This document shows positions 29,210 to 37,982 of a stretch of DNA of 39,236 nucleotides, in pieces (position 1 is the stretch's first letter; each line of letters opens with the position of its first letter). The translations under genes and the position numbers were made by a program. The notes beneath the pieces were generated by a model that did no database searches, was not told where the DNA came from, and worked only from the letters and a program-made list of their open reading frames with translations. Location: IMG/VR virus record IMGVR_UViG_2718218135_000005; one strand, given 5' to 3'. This stretch comes from a virus (Duplodnaviria > Heunggongvirae > Uroviricota > Caudoviricetes).

Positions 29210-29599
29210 TCAGGCGGCTGCACCCGCCGTTTTCTCGTACTTACTGATAGTGATCTCGACCTTCCCTTCCGGGATAACCGGTCCCCACTCCACCAGCATT
29301 CTTTTCACCTGGCTGTCGTCTTCCCACACACCCACGTGGGTCAGAACGTCAAACAGCGCCTTGTTATAGTTGTCCAGATCGCGGATCCGGTTATCCGGAG
29401 GAAACAACACGATCTCCACTGAAGCAGGTGCCGACGTTGGTTTTGGCAGACGACGTAACTGCTCAACTATTGCTGCACACGCCGCGCTCTGGAATTTTCG
29501 CCCCGCCGCGCTTATCAGGCTCTTACCTGCAAGCGCCCCTTTATTGGGGTGTCGCCAGTACGTGTTCACGCTGGGCGGAAAAGGCAGAATCAGCTTCAT
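29210..29599 (-). CDS. rusA: Holliday junction resolvase RusA
   Basis: 129-aa product with LPFPPSVNTYWR and DLDNYNKALFD motifs typical of RusA. Confidence 0.75.
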   Translation of the reverse strand: MKLILPFPPSVNTYWRHPNKGALAGKSLISAAGRKFQSAACAAIVEQLRRLPKPTSAPASVEIVLFPPDNRIRDLDNYNKALFDVLTHVGVWEDDSQVKRMLVEWGPVIPEGKVEITISKYEKTAGAAA

Positions 29600-29922
29600 A
29601 CTTTCAGGCCCCTCTCATGTAACCAGTGGGCTGCACGCAGCCTGGCGTTTTCCTCACCGGCAAGCAGTGAGCGGATAATCCCGACCGCCTCGCTGTCGTC
29701 GTCCTTCACCGCGGTATGAAGCGTTATCCCCCGGGCCACGCCACGCTTTATCGTGATGACGCCTTTTTTCTCCAGCGCACGAAGATGCTCCACCGCTGCA
29801 TTCACCGAACGGTATCCCAGCATGGTTGCCACCTCCTGATTGGTTGGCGGGAAACCACGTTCTTTCTGATAAGAAATCAGCATATCCAGCACCTGCTGCT
29901 GGCATTGAGTTAACGTCGTCAT
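29596..29922 (-). CDS. LexA-type winged-helix DNA-binding protein
   Basis: QQQVLDMLISYQKERGFPPTNQEVATMLGYRSVNAAVEHLRALEKKGVI resembles the LexA N-terminal DNA-binding domain. Confidence 0.5.
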   Translation of the reverse strand: MTTLTQCQQQVLDMLISYQKERGFPPTNQEVATMLGYRSVNAAVEHLRALEKKGVITIKRGVARGITLHTAVKDDDSEAVGIIRSLLAGEENARLRAAHWLHERGLKV

Positions 29923-30572
29923 GCCGCCATCTCCCTGACCAGTTTTTCCGCCTGCTGACGAACCTGCTCCAGAAACGCCTCACCACATGCCTCAAGTTCA
30001 TCGCGCCCGATGTAGCTGATTGCCGGTCCATTCCAGGTCTTATCGAAAACAGCAATAGCACCAGCGAAGAAAGCGCCTGTCGGCACCTGCTTCTCATCCT
30101 TCGGGATAAACCAGGCAGGCAGTTCAAAACCAATACGCCCGCGAATAAAAGCAATATGATCTGCATCTTCCGGCCACCACACTTCGCTGGTGGCAGCTTT
30201 GATCAGGAAAACATAGCGCCCGCCCTTATCACGCATGGCACTGGCATGCTTCATGATGTAACGCATGCCGGTGATGTATTGCCCCTCATGCTGACTGGCG
30301 CGGCTGTATGGGGGATTACCAAAGGCAGCACCTTTTAGCTCCGCAAGACGTTCTGACCAGTCATGCGCCAGCGCGTTGTCTTCCGCCGTGTAATACGCAG
30401 CACATTTGGCGTTATCACCGTCAGTGAACAGATCCAGAACAAACGGGCCAAACAGGGTGTTAATTCCCCAGAAAATGTTATCCGGCGTGCGCCACTGATC
30501 GCCCACTTCCTTCAGTTCATGGGCTGGTTTGTTCCGCAGTTCGACCAGCGCCTGGCAATATTTATTACTCAT
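29919..30572 (-). CDS. phage N6-adenine DNA methyltransferase (orphan, Dam-like)
   Basis: FGNPPYSRA catalytic motif; start taken at MSNKYCQ (ORF track extends to 30605). Confidence 0.7.
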   Translation of the reverse strand: MSNKYCQALVELRNKPAHELKEVGDQWRTPDNIFWGINTLFGPFVLDLFTDGDNAKCAAYYTAEDNALAHDWSERLAELKGAAFGNPPYSRASQHEGQYITGMRYIMKHASAMRDKGGRYVFLIKAATSEVWWPEDADHIAFIRGRIGFELPAWFIPKDEKQVPTGAFFAGAIAVFDKTWNGPAISYIGRDELEACGEAFLEQVRQQAEKLVREMAA

Positions 30573-31066
30573 TAAGCCCCCACGTAATTCCCTGACAGAT
30601 ACCACTCATCACCCGATGCAGCGCGCTTGCTGCTTTTCCGTAAGCACCGCTCACGACGCGCCAGAAAATTGTTTCGTTCTGGCTGGGAGTGGCTTTCACG
30701 GAATGCCGCCATCCACACCGTTGCAGCACGACGGTATAAGCCCCTGGACTCCAGTTCTTCAGCCTGGCGGGTCAGGCACAAAATCTCCCGCGGGTCGTTA
30801 GTGCCGACATAGAAATTGCGCACAGGTCTGGTTTCACGAACTGGTTGTGGTTCCGGATCCTGCGCTCTCTCAGTCAGGCGCGGGAAATGTCTGTGTGTAT
30901 CTCCTTCACAACGGTGAGCCACACGCCCACTCTGACGTAACTTGCTTGCTGACTGCAGAACGCGCTGCCGTGAGTAACCTGCAAAAGCATCCGCAATGTC
31001 TCCGGAAGTACAGCCCGGATGGGCTTCAATGAATTTCTGAACGTCATTCAAAAGACTCATGCTCAC
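30572..31066 (-). CDS. hypothetical regulator (PerC/ANR-like?)
   Basis: 164-aa product with RRAATVWMAAFRES helix; weak family guess. Confidence 0.35.
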   Translation of the reverse strand: MSMSLLNDVQKFIEAHPGCTSGDIADAFAGYSRQRVLQSASKLRQSGRVAHRCEGDTHRHFPRLTERAQDPEPQPVRETRPVRNFYVGTNDPREILCLTRQAEELESRGLYRRAATVWMAAFRESHSQPERNNFLARRERCLRKSSKRAASGDEWYLSGNYVGA

Positions 31067-32004
31067 CCCCTGAATCCTGCCGGGATCTGGCTGTAGTCCA
31101 CATTGTCATAACTGGCTTTGAAGTACGGGTCTTCGCGTTTTTCTGTGTACGTGCTGACGGACGGCGATAAGCGCAGGGAAAGCTCATCCCATTTTTCCCG
31201 CAGCTTCGACGGGCTGAGCACGTTACGGCACCAGAACGGATCGCGGCTGACGCGGCTGTACATCTCGCAGATTTGTTTGTGAGTACGACCATCCTGCACA
31301 CACATCAGGCGAATTTCGTTTGCCCAGGCTGTCCAGTTCGGTTCTTTGGGACGAACCACCTCGCCGTCACATTCGGCGGCCTGCTCGTACAGGGCAATGA
31401 TTTTTTTCCAGAGCCACTGTGCGCAGGTCAAATCATCCTGCGTCCCCCACTGGCGTTTTTTAGGGCTGAATACAACCGCATCAGGATGGCGAGTTAAAAA
31501 ATCCTGTTCAGCCGTCTGCGTGTCCGGTTGCGAAGCGTCCGGACGAGAAGGTTTTTTATCTGACGGATCATGTTTTGATTTTACTGACGGATCCCCGCCA
31601 GATTCTGACGGGTGAAAACCCGCTTTTTTGCCAGATTTCGACGCATCAAATTTTGACGGGTCAGATTTTGATGCGTCAGATTTTGACGGGTCAGAATCTG
31701 ACTGTTGAGAAAATGCCGCTGCCTGAAGCTTCGCAACGTTAAGCTGATAAACATTCGACGCATTGCGGTTACCCTGGCGACGCGCCTTACGCGTTAACCA
31801 GCCTTCTGCTTCCAGCCGTGCGATAGCCGTTCTGACGGTACTCATCCCCGCGCCAATCTGGCGGGCAATGGTTTCAATTGATGGCCAGCACACACCTTCG
31901 TCATTACTGAAATCAGCCAGGCGGGCCATAATTGCCACGCTGGATAATTTCATGCCTGACGCTGCGCAACCATCCCATACATAGCCGGTTAATTTAGTGC
32001 TCAT
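31063..32004 (-). CDS. replication initiation protein (O-like, iteron-binding)
   Basis: 313-aa product with N-terminal winged-helix-like region and central pentapeptide repeats DPSKSDASKSDPSKFDASKS encoded by tandem DNA repeats. Confidence 0.6.
   Translation of the reverse strand: MSTKLTGYVWDGCAASGMKLSSVAIMARLADFSNDEGVCWPSIETIARQIGAGMSTVRTAIARLEAEGWLTRKARRQGNRNASNVYQLNVAKLQAAAFSQQSDSDPSKSDASKSDPSKFDASKSGKKAGFHPSESGGDPSVKSKHDPSDKKPSRPDASQPDTQTAEQDFLTRHPDAVVFSPKKRQWGTQDDLTCAQWLWKKIIALYEQAAECDGEVVRPKEPNWTAWANEIRLMCVQDGRTHKQICEMYSRVSRDPFWCRNVLSPSKLREKWDELSLRLSPSVSTYTEKREDPYFKASYDNVDYSQIPAGFRG
31575..31695. repeat. iteron-like tandem repeats (candidate replication origin) inside the replication gene
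   Basis: Three consecutive 15-bp units ATTTTGA(C/T)G(G/C)GTCAG at 31651-31695, plus degenerate copies upstream. Confidence 0.5.
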
Positions 32005-32013
32005 AACCGACCT

Positions 32014-32352
32014 CTATTTCCCTGAATTTACGACGAAACTGTTCGAGCGGACTGAAGCATTCATGCTCATAGCCTTCGCGGAGGTAGATAACCCGTTGTG
32101 TTTCCGGCTCCCAACGAATGACTCTGACGGGTACTCCGTAGTGATCTTTGAACCAGCGGTTAACTTGTCGCAAAGGACTGTCTCCTTTTGCCGGTTAAAA
32201 TCACCCACAGCCCACTCTGCAAAGCTGTGGGTTACAATTACCCTGCCACCTGGTACATTTACTGCATAGCAATACTCCACCTTCGCTTTTCCACCCGGTA
32301 CAGGAAGCGCAATCAGTTGCGAGCGACGGTAGTGTGTTGTTAAACTGTTCAT
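32014..32352 (-). CDS. hypothetical protein (uncertain)
   Basis: 112-aa ORF between cII-like and replication genes; contains an 8-bp stem hairpin (cccacagc...gctgtggg), so part may be non-coding. Confidence 0.25.
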   Translation of the reverse strand: MNSLTTHYRRSQLIALPVPGGKAKVEYCYAVNVPGGRVIVTHSFAEWAVGDFNRQKETVLCDKLTAGSKITTEYPSESFVGSRKHNGLSTSAKAMSMNASVRSNSFVVNSGK

Positions 32353-32900
32353 GCGTTAGTTTCTCCACAGTCACGACACGCCACGGCGCCCGGAGCTGCA
32401 CACTCGCGGGCGTCATTACTTTCTGAAATGCAAAAAATTTTGTAGACCAGTGCTGCATGCTCCTGCAGCTTCGAAATTGAGAGGTACAGCTCGTCGTTAA
32501 TTGCTGTCTTCTCATGCGGTTCCACTACACCGTCTTCAATTGCTGAACGAATCTGTTTTGAATAACTGCCGATCTGTTCAATGACCTCCAGCAGGCGTTG
32601 GTTGATATCGGCGTTGTCCACATCCTCGACATCAGGAAGAGACACAAAGACGCCATTTGCAGACTGCGCCACAGCATCAGCAATGAAGTGAGTTCCACCA
32701 GCACGTTGCAAAATCATTGCCCATCCCAGCGGGAAAATCTGATCGCCATCGGCACGAAGGCGGTTAAATAATGCGTTCTCTGTTACATCCAGCCAGTCAG
32801 CAGCTTCAGCGTACCCCCCAGGCAACGCTGCGATAGTTTTTCTGACAGCTTTCACGTACCACTCAGGCTGTTTTTCTACTTTCCAGTGATGCTTACCCAC
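32349..32900 (-). CDS. cII-like / YdaT-family early regulator
   Basis: 183-aa product directly downstream of cro; family resemblance from memory. Confidence 0.45.
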   Translation of the reverse strand: MGKHHWKVEKQPEWYVKAVRKTIAALPGGYAEAADWLDVTENALFNRLRADGDQIFPLGWAMILQRAGGTHFIADAVAQSANGVFVSLPDVEDVDNADINQRLLEVIEQIGSYSKQIRSAIEDGVVEPHEKTAINDELYLSISKLQEHAALVYKIFCISESNDARECAAPGAVACRDCGETNA

Positions 32901-33153
32901 GGTTCACCTCCTGTTCCTGTGGTTTAAACCCATTCTGGTTTTGGCTAGATTGAAAACGTGCCGGATAAAGAATCTGCATTTCGCTGACTTCACCCTTAAA
33001 AAAATTGGCTAAACGTTCTGCAAGCTCGATAGATGGAATCTGCTCCAGCCTCTCAATACGACTCAACGTCGCTGGATTGACTTGAACACCCGCAGCAACA
33101 TGCTGCAAAGTGAAACCATGCGCCTTACGCACATTTCGTAATGGTGATTGCAT
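32893..33153 (-). CDS. cro: Cro-like HTH repressor
   Basis: 86-aa product with HTH (FTLQHVAAGVQVNPATLSRIER); divergent from cI. Confidence 0.65.
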   Translation of the reverse strand: MQSPLRNVRKAHGFTLQHVAAGVQVNPATLSRIERLEQIPSIELAERLANFFKGEVSEMQILYPARFQSSQNQNGFKPQEQEVNRG

Positions 33154-33250
33154 ACGCCCTCCAAATATTGCGCGTTATGCATGTTATTTCACGCAATTAT
33201 TTTGCGCAAGTTGATTTGCTTATCACGCAATAAAGAAATGTAATAAACGC
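33154..33250. promoter_or_regulatory. cI-cro divergent promoter/operator region (OR-like)
   Basis: 97-bp gap between divergent cro and cI with repeated half-sites TTGCGCG, CACGCAA, TTGCGCAA, CACGCAA. Confidence 0.5.
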
Positions 33251-33943
33251 ATGAACATAGGAAACCGAGTCAGACAACTTCGCCAAGCGAAGAACATGAA
33301 AATCGCCGATCTCGCTGAAGCGATAGGAGTAGATGCGGCGAACATCTCGCGCTTAGAAACGGGTAAGCAAAAACAATTTACCGAACAAACACTGAGTAAT
33401 ATTGCCAAGAGCTTAGGTGTTGATATTGCTGATCTCTTTACCTCTGCCCACAAAAGTAATACTGTATATAAAAACAGTAATAATGAGGATGTTGCGCAGG
33501 TGAAGGATGTGTTCCGTATTGAAATGCTGGATATCAGTGCCAGTGCGGGAAATGGCCTTATCCAGGGCGGTGATGTCATTGATGTGATTCATGCCATCGA
33601 ATACAGAACTGATAATGCTGTATCAATGTTCGGCGGACGACCAGCCAATCACATCAAAGTTATCAACGTTCGTGGGGACAGTATGTGTCCAACCATTGAG
33701 CCAGGAGATCTCATCTTCGTTGATGTCAGCATCAATCAGTTTGATGGTGATGGTATATATGTCTTTGGTTTTGATGACAAAATATACGTTAAAAGACTTC
33801 AAATGATTCCTGACAAACTGCTGGTGATTTCTGATAACCAGATTTACCGTGAATGGGGAATTACTAGCGAAAACGAACACCGATTCATGGTCTTTGGAAA
33901 GGTCTTAATCAGTCAGTCGCAAACCCTTAAGAGACATAATTAA
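33251..33943 (+). CDS. cI: CI-type repressor (HTH plus S24 LexA-like autopeptidase)
   Basis: N-terminal HTH (VRQLRQAKNMKIADLAEAIGVDAANISRLETGK), C-terminal GDSMCPTIEPGDLIFVD ... VKRL with the Ser/Lys dyad. Confidence 0.85.
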   Translation: MNIGNRVRQLRQAKNMKIADLAEAIGVDAANISRLETGKQKQFTEQTLSNIAKSLGVDIADLFTSAHKSNTVYKNSNNEDVAQVKDVFRIEMLDISASAGNGLIQGGDVIDVIHAIEYRTDNAVSMFGGRPANHIKVINVRGDSMCPTIEPGDLIFVDVSINQFDGDGIYVFGFDDKIYVKRLQMIPDKLLVISDNQIYREWGITSENEHRFMVFGKVLISQSQTLKRHN

Positions 33944-33963
33944 CCTCAATATCCCATCCATCG

Positions 33964-33985
33964 GCCACCGAAAGGTGGCTTTTTA
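33964..33985 (+). terminator. rho-independent terminator after cI
   Basis: gccacc-gaaa-ggtggc followed by ttttta, 21 nt after the cI stop. Confidence 0.5.
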
Positions 33986-33997
33986 TTACCTATAAAT

Positions 33998-34034
33998 TTG
34001 CATATCTCGCAAATATCACTTGCATATCTCGCAA
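33998..34034. promoter_or_regulatory. direct repeat of a 15-bp operator-like site (candidate OL)
   Basis: TTGCATATCTCGCAA at 33998-34012 and 34020-34034, 22 bp apart; ends resemble the OR half-sites. Confidence 0.4.
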
Positions 34035-34220
34035 TTTAATTTTATCTTTTGTTCCAGACCAACTACAGGATTACAACAAAATCTGGTTGCAACACGGTGC
34101 ATGTGTCGTAAGCAGTCAGTAAATGTCAAAAACGAACAGGCAGGACGCCCACGAAGTAGCCGCCTGGGGCATATGAAGTCCAGGATGATTCGTTGAGTCA
34201 TGTTGTGCCACTAGGCACTC

Positions 34221-34517
34221 ATGTTAAAGCAGGTGTATGAAATGAAAGTCCAGATTTTAAACAATAACTGTGAAGTCGTTTGGTCATACGACATAGCCGC
34301 CCCTGTAGATCAGAGCGGCGATAGCTGGACCAATGGGAAACATCAGATTATGGCTGGAGTTGTGTTCTCTTTACGCCGTGCTTTGGAACAGGCTGAAGTA
34401 TTTCCATCAGACCCTGAATGGAAATGGCCTTTTTCTATTTGTCCAAATTCGGAGAGCACATTTCAGAAAATTGGTCAGAAAGTCGCACTCGAAGAGCATC
34501 AGCCAACTGTTTCCTGA
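34221..34517 (+). CDS. hypothetical protein (first pL-side ORF)
   Basis: 98-aa ORF; no Arg-rich N-like motif. Confidence 0.35.
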   Translation: MLKQVYEMKVQILNNNCEVVWSYDIAAPVDQSGDSWTNGKHQIMAGVVFSLRRALEQAEVFPSDPEWKWPFSICPNSESTFQKIGQKVALEEHQPTVS

Positions 34518-34680
34518 TTTTTTCAGGTAACTCGTCGGCATCGCAGAAACAACAACGCTCGATCATGTTGAAAGCCGATTCGTAGAACTGTTTCTGCTGA
34601 GTGTCGCTGAGACAGGAAAAGAGCGACGTTACGATGATTTTATTAATTGCATTATCAAGTTCTTTTTCATCAAAAGTCAT
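34435..34680 (-). CDS. hypothetical protein (antisense in early region)
   Basis: 81-aa ORF convergent with, and overlapping, the 34221-34517 ORF. Confidence 0.35.
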   Translation of the reverse strand: MTFDEKELDNAINKIIVTSLFSCLSDTQQKQFYESAFNMIERCCFCDADELPEKIRKQLADALRVRLSDQFSEMCSPNLDK

Positions 34681-35193
34681 TTGATTTTCCTTTTATGTAT
34701 ACGGGCTTAAAAGGATACCACCGAGCCTGAAGTGGTGAAAAGACAGGCACATAACAGCTAAGTATTTTCAACCAGAGAGAATCCTTAGCGTTGTGGTGAA
34801 TGCGGCTCAGCGCACGCGGGTTAAGGTTGAGGCTGACAGTCGACCTTCTGTGGATACCCACCCGTCTGGTGTGCAACCTTCGCCAGGCACCGGGAGGCAC
34901 CCGGCACCACAACTTTATGCTGTGTGTAGTCCCGGCGGTACCAGTTTGTACCCTTGCTTCCGGCTGGTACCGTCCTTTTTACAAAACAGAGAAGAGCATC
35001 ACCGGACGACGGGCTCATAACCCAATCCATCCGGGCGGCAGTCACCGCAGGTGTTCTTCTCTGTTTTGTGGAGAAACTAACCGCCCCTGCGGGGGCATCT
35101 ATTGAAACGTAATTGCTTAATAATCGCCGGATGGCGAGGGCTTCCTTTTCCCAAAATTCAGCGCAGTGCAGCGCATATAAAGTGGAGAACGAA

Positions 35194-35730
35194 ATGTCAT
35201 TTATTAAAACTTTTTCCGGGAAGCATTTTTATTATGACAAGATAAATAAAGACGACATCGATATTAACGATATCGCGGTTTCCCTTTCAAATATCTGTCG
35301 CTTTGCCGGTCATCTTTCGCACTTCTACAGCGTCGCCCAACATGCGGTTCTTTGCAGCCAGCTGGTGCCGCAGGAATTTGCTTTTGAAGCGTTAATGCAT
35401 GATGCAACAGAAGCGTATTGCCAGGACATTCCCGCACCACTGAAACGCCTTCTTCCTGACTATAAACAAATGGAAGAAAAAATAGACGCCGTAATCCGTG
35501 AGAAATACGGGTTACCCCCAGTTATGAGTACGCCCGTGAAATATGCCGATCTCATCATGCTGGCAACCGAACGCCGCGATCTCGGGCTTGATGATGGCTC
35601 TTTCTGGCCTGTACTGGAAGGTATCCCGGCAACAGAGATGTTCAACGTGATTCCACTGGCACCGGGCCATGCCTACGGGATGTTTATGGAACGCTTTAAC
35701 GAGTTATCGGAGTTACGCAAATGCGCATGA
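35194..35730 (+). CDS. HD-domain phosphohydrolase (YfdR-like)
   Basis: ATG at 35194 (MSFIKTF...); H...HD-type motif in AQHAVLCSQ...LMHDATEAY. Confidence 0.6.
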   Translation: MSFIKTFSGKHFYYDKINKDDIDINDIAVSLSNICRFAGHLSHFYSVAQHAVLCSQLVPQEFAFEALMHDATEAYCQDIPAPLKRLLPDYKQMEEKIDAVIREKYGLPPVMSTPVKYADLIMLATERRDLGLDDGSFWPVLEGIPATEMFNVIPLAPGHAYGMFMERFNELSELRKCA

Positions 35731-36083
35731 ATGTTTTCGAAATGGAAGGGTTTCTTCGTGGGAGATGTGTACCGCGAGATCTGAAAGTAAATGAAACAGA
35801 TGCTGAATACCTGGTGCGTAAATTCGATGCGCTTGAAGCTAAATGTGCAGCACAGGAAAACAAAGTAATACCAGTGTCAACTGAACTGCCACCAGCAAAT
35901 GAAAGTGTTTTGTTATTCGATGCTAACGGAGAAGGCTGGCTAATTGGCTGGCGTTCTCTCTGGTACACCTGGGGACAAAAAGAAACCGGAGAATGGCAGT
36001 GGACATTTCAGGTCGGGGACCTTGAAAACGTCAATATCACTCACTGGGCAGTAATGCCAAAAGCACCGGAGGCTGGAGCATAA
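35721..36083 (+). CDS. DUF551-like prophage protein
   Basis: C-terminal GWLIGW ... ITHWAVMPKAPE resembles the DUF551 signature (from memory). Confidence 0.5.
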   Translation: MRMNVFEMEGFLRGRCVPRDLKVNETDAEYLVRKFDALEAKCAAQENKVIPVSTELPPANESVLLFDANGEGWLIGWRSLWYTWGQKETGEWQWTFQVGDLENVNITHWAVMPKAPEAGA

Positions 36084-36388
36084 TGACCACTTTTACCGAC
36101 AAAGAACTGATTAAAGAAATTAAAGAGCGTATCAGCAGCCTTGACGTGCGAGACGATATTGAGCGCCGTGCTTATGAAATCGCACTCCTATCTCTGGAAG
36201 TAGAACCAGATGAACGCGAAGCTTATGAATTATTCATGGAAAAGCGTTTCGGTGACTTAGTAGATCGTCGGAGAGCAAAAAACGGCGATAACGAATACAT
36301 GGCATGGGATATGACTCTCGGTTGGATCGTCTGGCAGCAACGAGCTGGTATCCATTTTTCAACAATGTCACAGCAAGAGGTGAAATAA
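36083..36388 (+). CDS. hypothetical protein
   Basis: 101-aa ORF between DUF551 gene and xis. Confidence 0.4.
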   Translation: MTTFTDKELIKEIKERISSLDVRDDIERRAYEIALLSLEVEPDEREAYELFMEKRFGDLVDRRRAKNGDNEYMAWDMTLGWIVWQQRAGIHFSTMSQQEVK

Positions 36389-36738
36389 TGGAGCCATACA
36401 GCCTCACACTCGATGAGGCCTGTCATTTTCTCAAGATATCCAGACCGACTGCCATTAACTGGATACGCACAGGGCGTCTTCAGGCAACACGCAAAGATCC
36501 CACTAAGAATAAATCTCCTTACCTCACAACACGACAAGCCTGCATTGCGGCTCTTCAGTCTCCGCTGCATACTGTCCAGGTGAGCGCGGGTGATGGCATA
36601 ACAGAGGAAAGAAAATGTCACTCTTCCGCAGAGGTGAAATATGGTACGCCAGTTTCACATTGCCGAACGGTAAAAGATTTAAACAGTCTCTTGGAACAAA
36701 GGACAAAAGGCAGGCGACAGAACTCCATGACAAGCTAA
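36388..36738 (+). CDS. xis: excisionase (HTH)
   Basis: ATG at 36388 after aagagg; [29 protein letters not shown] is an excisionase-type HTH; 3' end overlaps int, true stop uncertain. Confidence 0.55.
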   Translation: MEPYSLTLDEACHFLKISRPTAINWIRTGRLQATRKDPTKNKSPYLTTRQACIAALQSPLHTVQVSAGDGITEERKCHSSAEVKYGTPVSHCRTVKDLNSLLEQRTKGRRQNSMTS

Positions 36739-37778
36739 AGGCTGAAGCATGGCGGGTCAGCAAACTTGGTGAAATACCTGATATAACGTTCGAGGAAGCG
36801 TGTGTCAGGTGGCTTGAAGAGAAAGCACATAAAAAATCACTGGACGATGACAAAAGCCGGATCGGATTCTGGCTTCAACATTTCGCAGGAATGCAACTAA
36901 GAGACATTACTGAATCAAAAATTTATTCAGCAATGCAGAAAATGACGAACCGGCGTCATGAGGAAAACTGGAAACTCAGGGCAGAAGCATGCAGAAAAAA
37001 AGGGAAACCTGTTCCAGAATACACGCCAAAACCAGCGTCCGTTGCAACGAAGGCTACGCATCTTTCATTTATAAAGGCCCTACTAAGAGCCGCAGAGCGT
37101 GAATGGAAAATGCTGGATAAGGCACCAATTATTAAAGTGCCCCAACCAAAGAATAAACGGATCCGCTGGCTGGAGCCCCATGAAGCACAAAGGCTGATTG
37201 ATGAATGTCCGGAGCCATTAAAGTCTGTTGTTGAATTTGCACTGGCAACAGGCCTAAGACGCTCGAACATCATCAACCTTGAATGGCAACAAATAGATAT
37301 GCAGCGCCGGGTGGCATGGATAAACCCGGAAGAGAGTAAATCAAACCGCGCAATTGGCGTTGCGCTGAATGATACTGCATGTCGCGTATTGAAAAAACAA
37401 ATCGGGAATCATCACCGTTGGGTATTTGTGTACAAGGAAAGCTGTACCAAACCAGACGGAACGAAAGCGCCAACAGTCAGAAAGATGCGGTATGACGCAA
37501 ACACAGCCTGGAAAGCGGCGCTGAGACGGGCTGGTATTGATGATTTCAGATTTCACGACTTGAGACACACATGGGCAAGTTGGCTGGTTCAAGCCGGAGT
37601 CCCGTTGTCAGTGTTACAGGAAATGGGAGGCTGGGAGTCTATCGAAATGGTTCGTCGATATGCTCACCTTGCACCTAATCACCTTACCGAACATGCACGG
37701 CAAATAGACTCGATCCTAAACCCATCGGTCCCAAATTTGTCCCAGTCAAAAAATAAGGAAGGTACTAATGATGTGTAA
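36615..37778 (+). CDS. int: tyrosine integrase (lambda-family)
   Basis: 387-aa product with C-terminal catalytic motifs ([16 protein letters not shown] ... VRRYAHL); ends 14 bp from the 3' end of tRNA-Thr. Confidence 0.9.
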   Translation: MSLFRRGEIWYASFTLPNGKRFKQSLGTKDKRQATELHDKLKAEAWRVSKLGEIPDITFEEACVRWLEEKAHKKSLDDDKSRIGFWLQHFAGMQLRDITESKIYSAMQKMTNRRHEENWKLRAEACRKKGKPVPEYTPKPASVATKATHLSFIKALLRAAEREWKMLDKAPIIKVPQPKNKRIRWLEPHEAQRLIDECPEPLKSVVEFALATGLRRSNIINLEWQQIDMQRRVAWINPEESKSNRAIGVALNDTACRVLKKQIGNHHRWVFVYKESCTKPDGTKAPTVRKMRYDANTAWKAALRRAGIDDFRFHDLRHTWASWLVQAGVPLSVLQEMGGWESIEMVRRYAHLAPNHLTEHARQIDSILNPSVPNLSQSKNKEGTNDV

Positions 37779-37792
37779 CTTATTGATTTAAA

Positions 37793-37868
37793 TGGTGCCG
37801 ATAATAGGAGTCGAACCTACGACCTTCGCATTACGAATGCGCTGCTCTACCAACTGAGCTATATCGGC
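37793..37868 (-). tRNA. thrW: tRNA-Thr (anticodon CGU)
   Basis: Reverse complement reads GCCGATATAGCTCAGTTGGTAGAGCAGCGCATTCGTAATGCGAAGGTCGTAGGTTCGACTCCTATTATCGGCACCA, with cloverleaf, anticodon CGT and CCA end. Confidence 0.9.
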
Positions 37869-37982
37869 CCTGAAAGGACATGTTCACGAACGTGAATCAC
37901 GGTGGACAAGGTTAAAACTAACCGGGCGATGCGTCAATGGCCTTGTGAATCAAATGGCTACTTTTGCATCACCCGGTTTTAT

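Larger units (their letters stand above)
1..37810. mobile_element. prophage (e14/SfV-like mosaic) integrated at thrW; left boundary (attL) not located in window
   Basis: Contiguous phage modules from int beside the tRNA through to the tail fibre, invertase and cargo. Confidence 0.6.

Noticed and set aside
34016-34201. 61-aa minus-strand ORF overlapping the OL-like repeats
   Set aside because: Overlaps the operator repeats, has no RBS and a Cys/Arg-rich product; likely spurious.
34780-35100. Retron msr/msd interpretation of the long inverted repeats
   Set aside because: No reverse transcriptase gene adjacent; the downstream gene is an HD-domain hydrolase.
34670-35105. Four overlapping 74-101-aa ORFs on both strands
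   Set aside because: Mutually overlapping in a GC-rich region dominated by long inverted repeats; more consistent with structured non-coding sequence.
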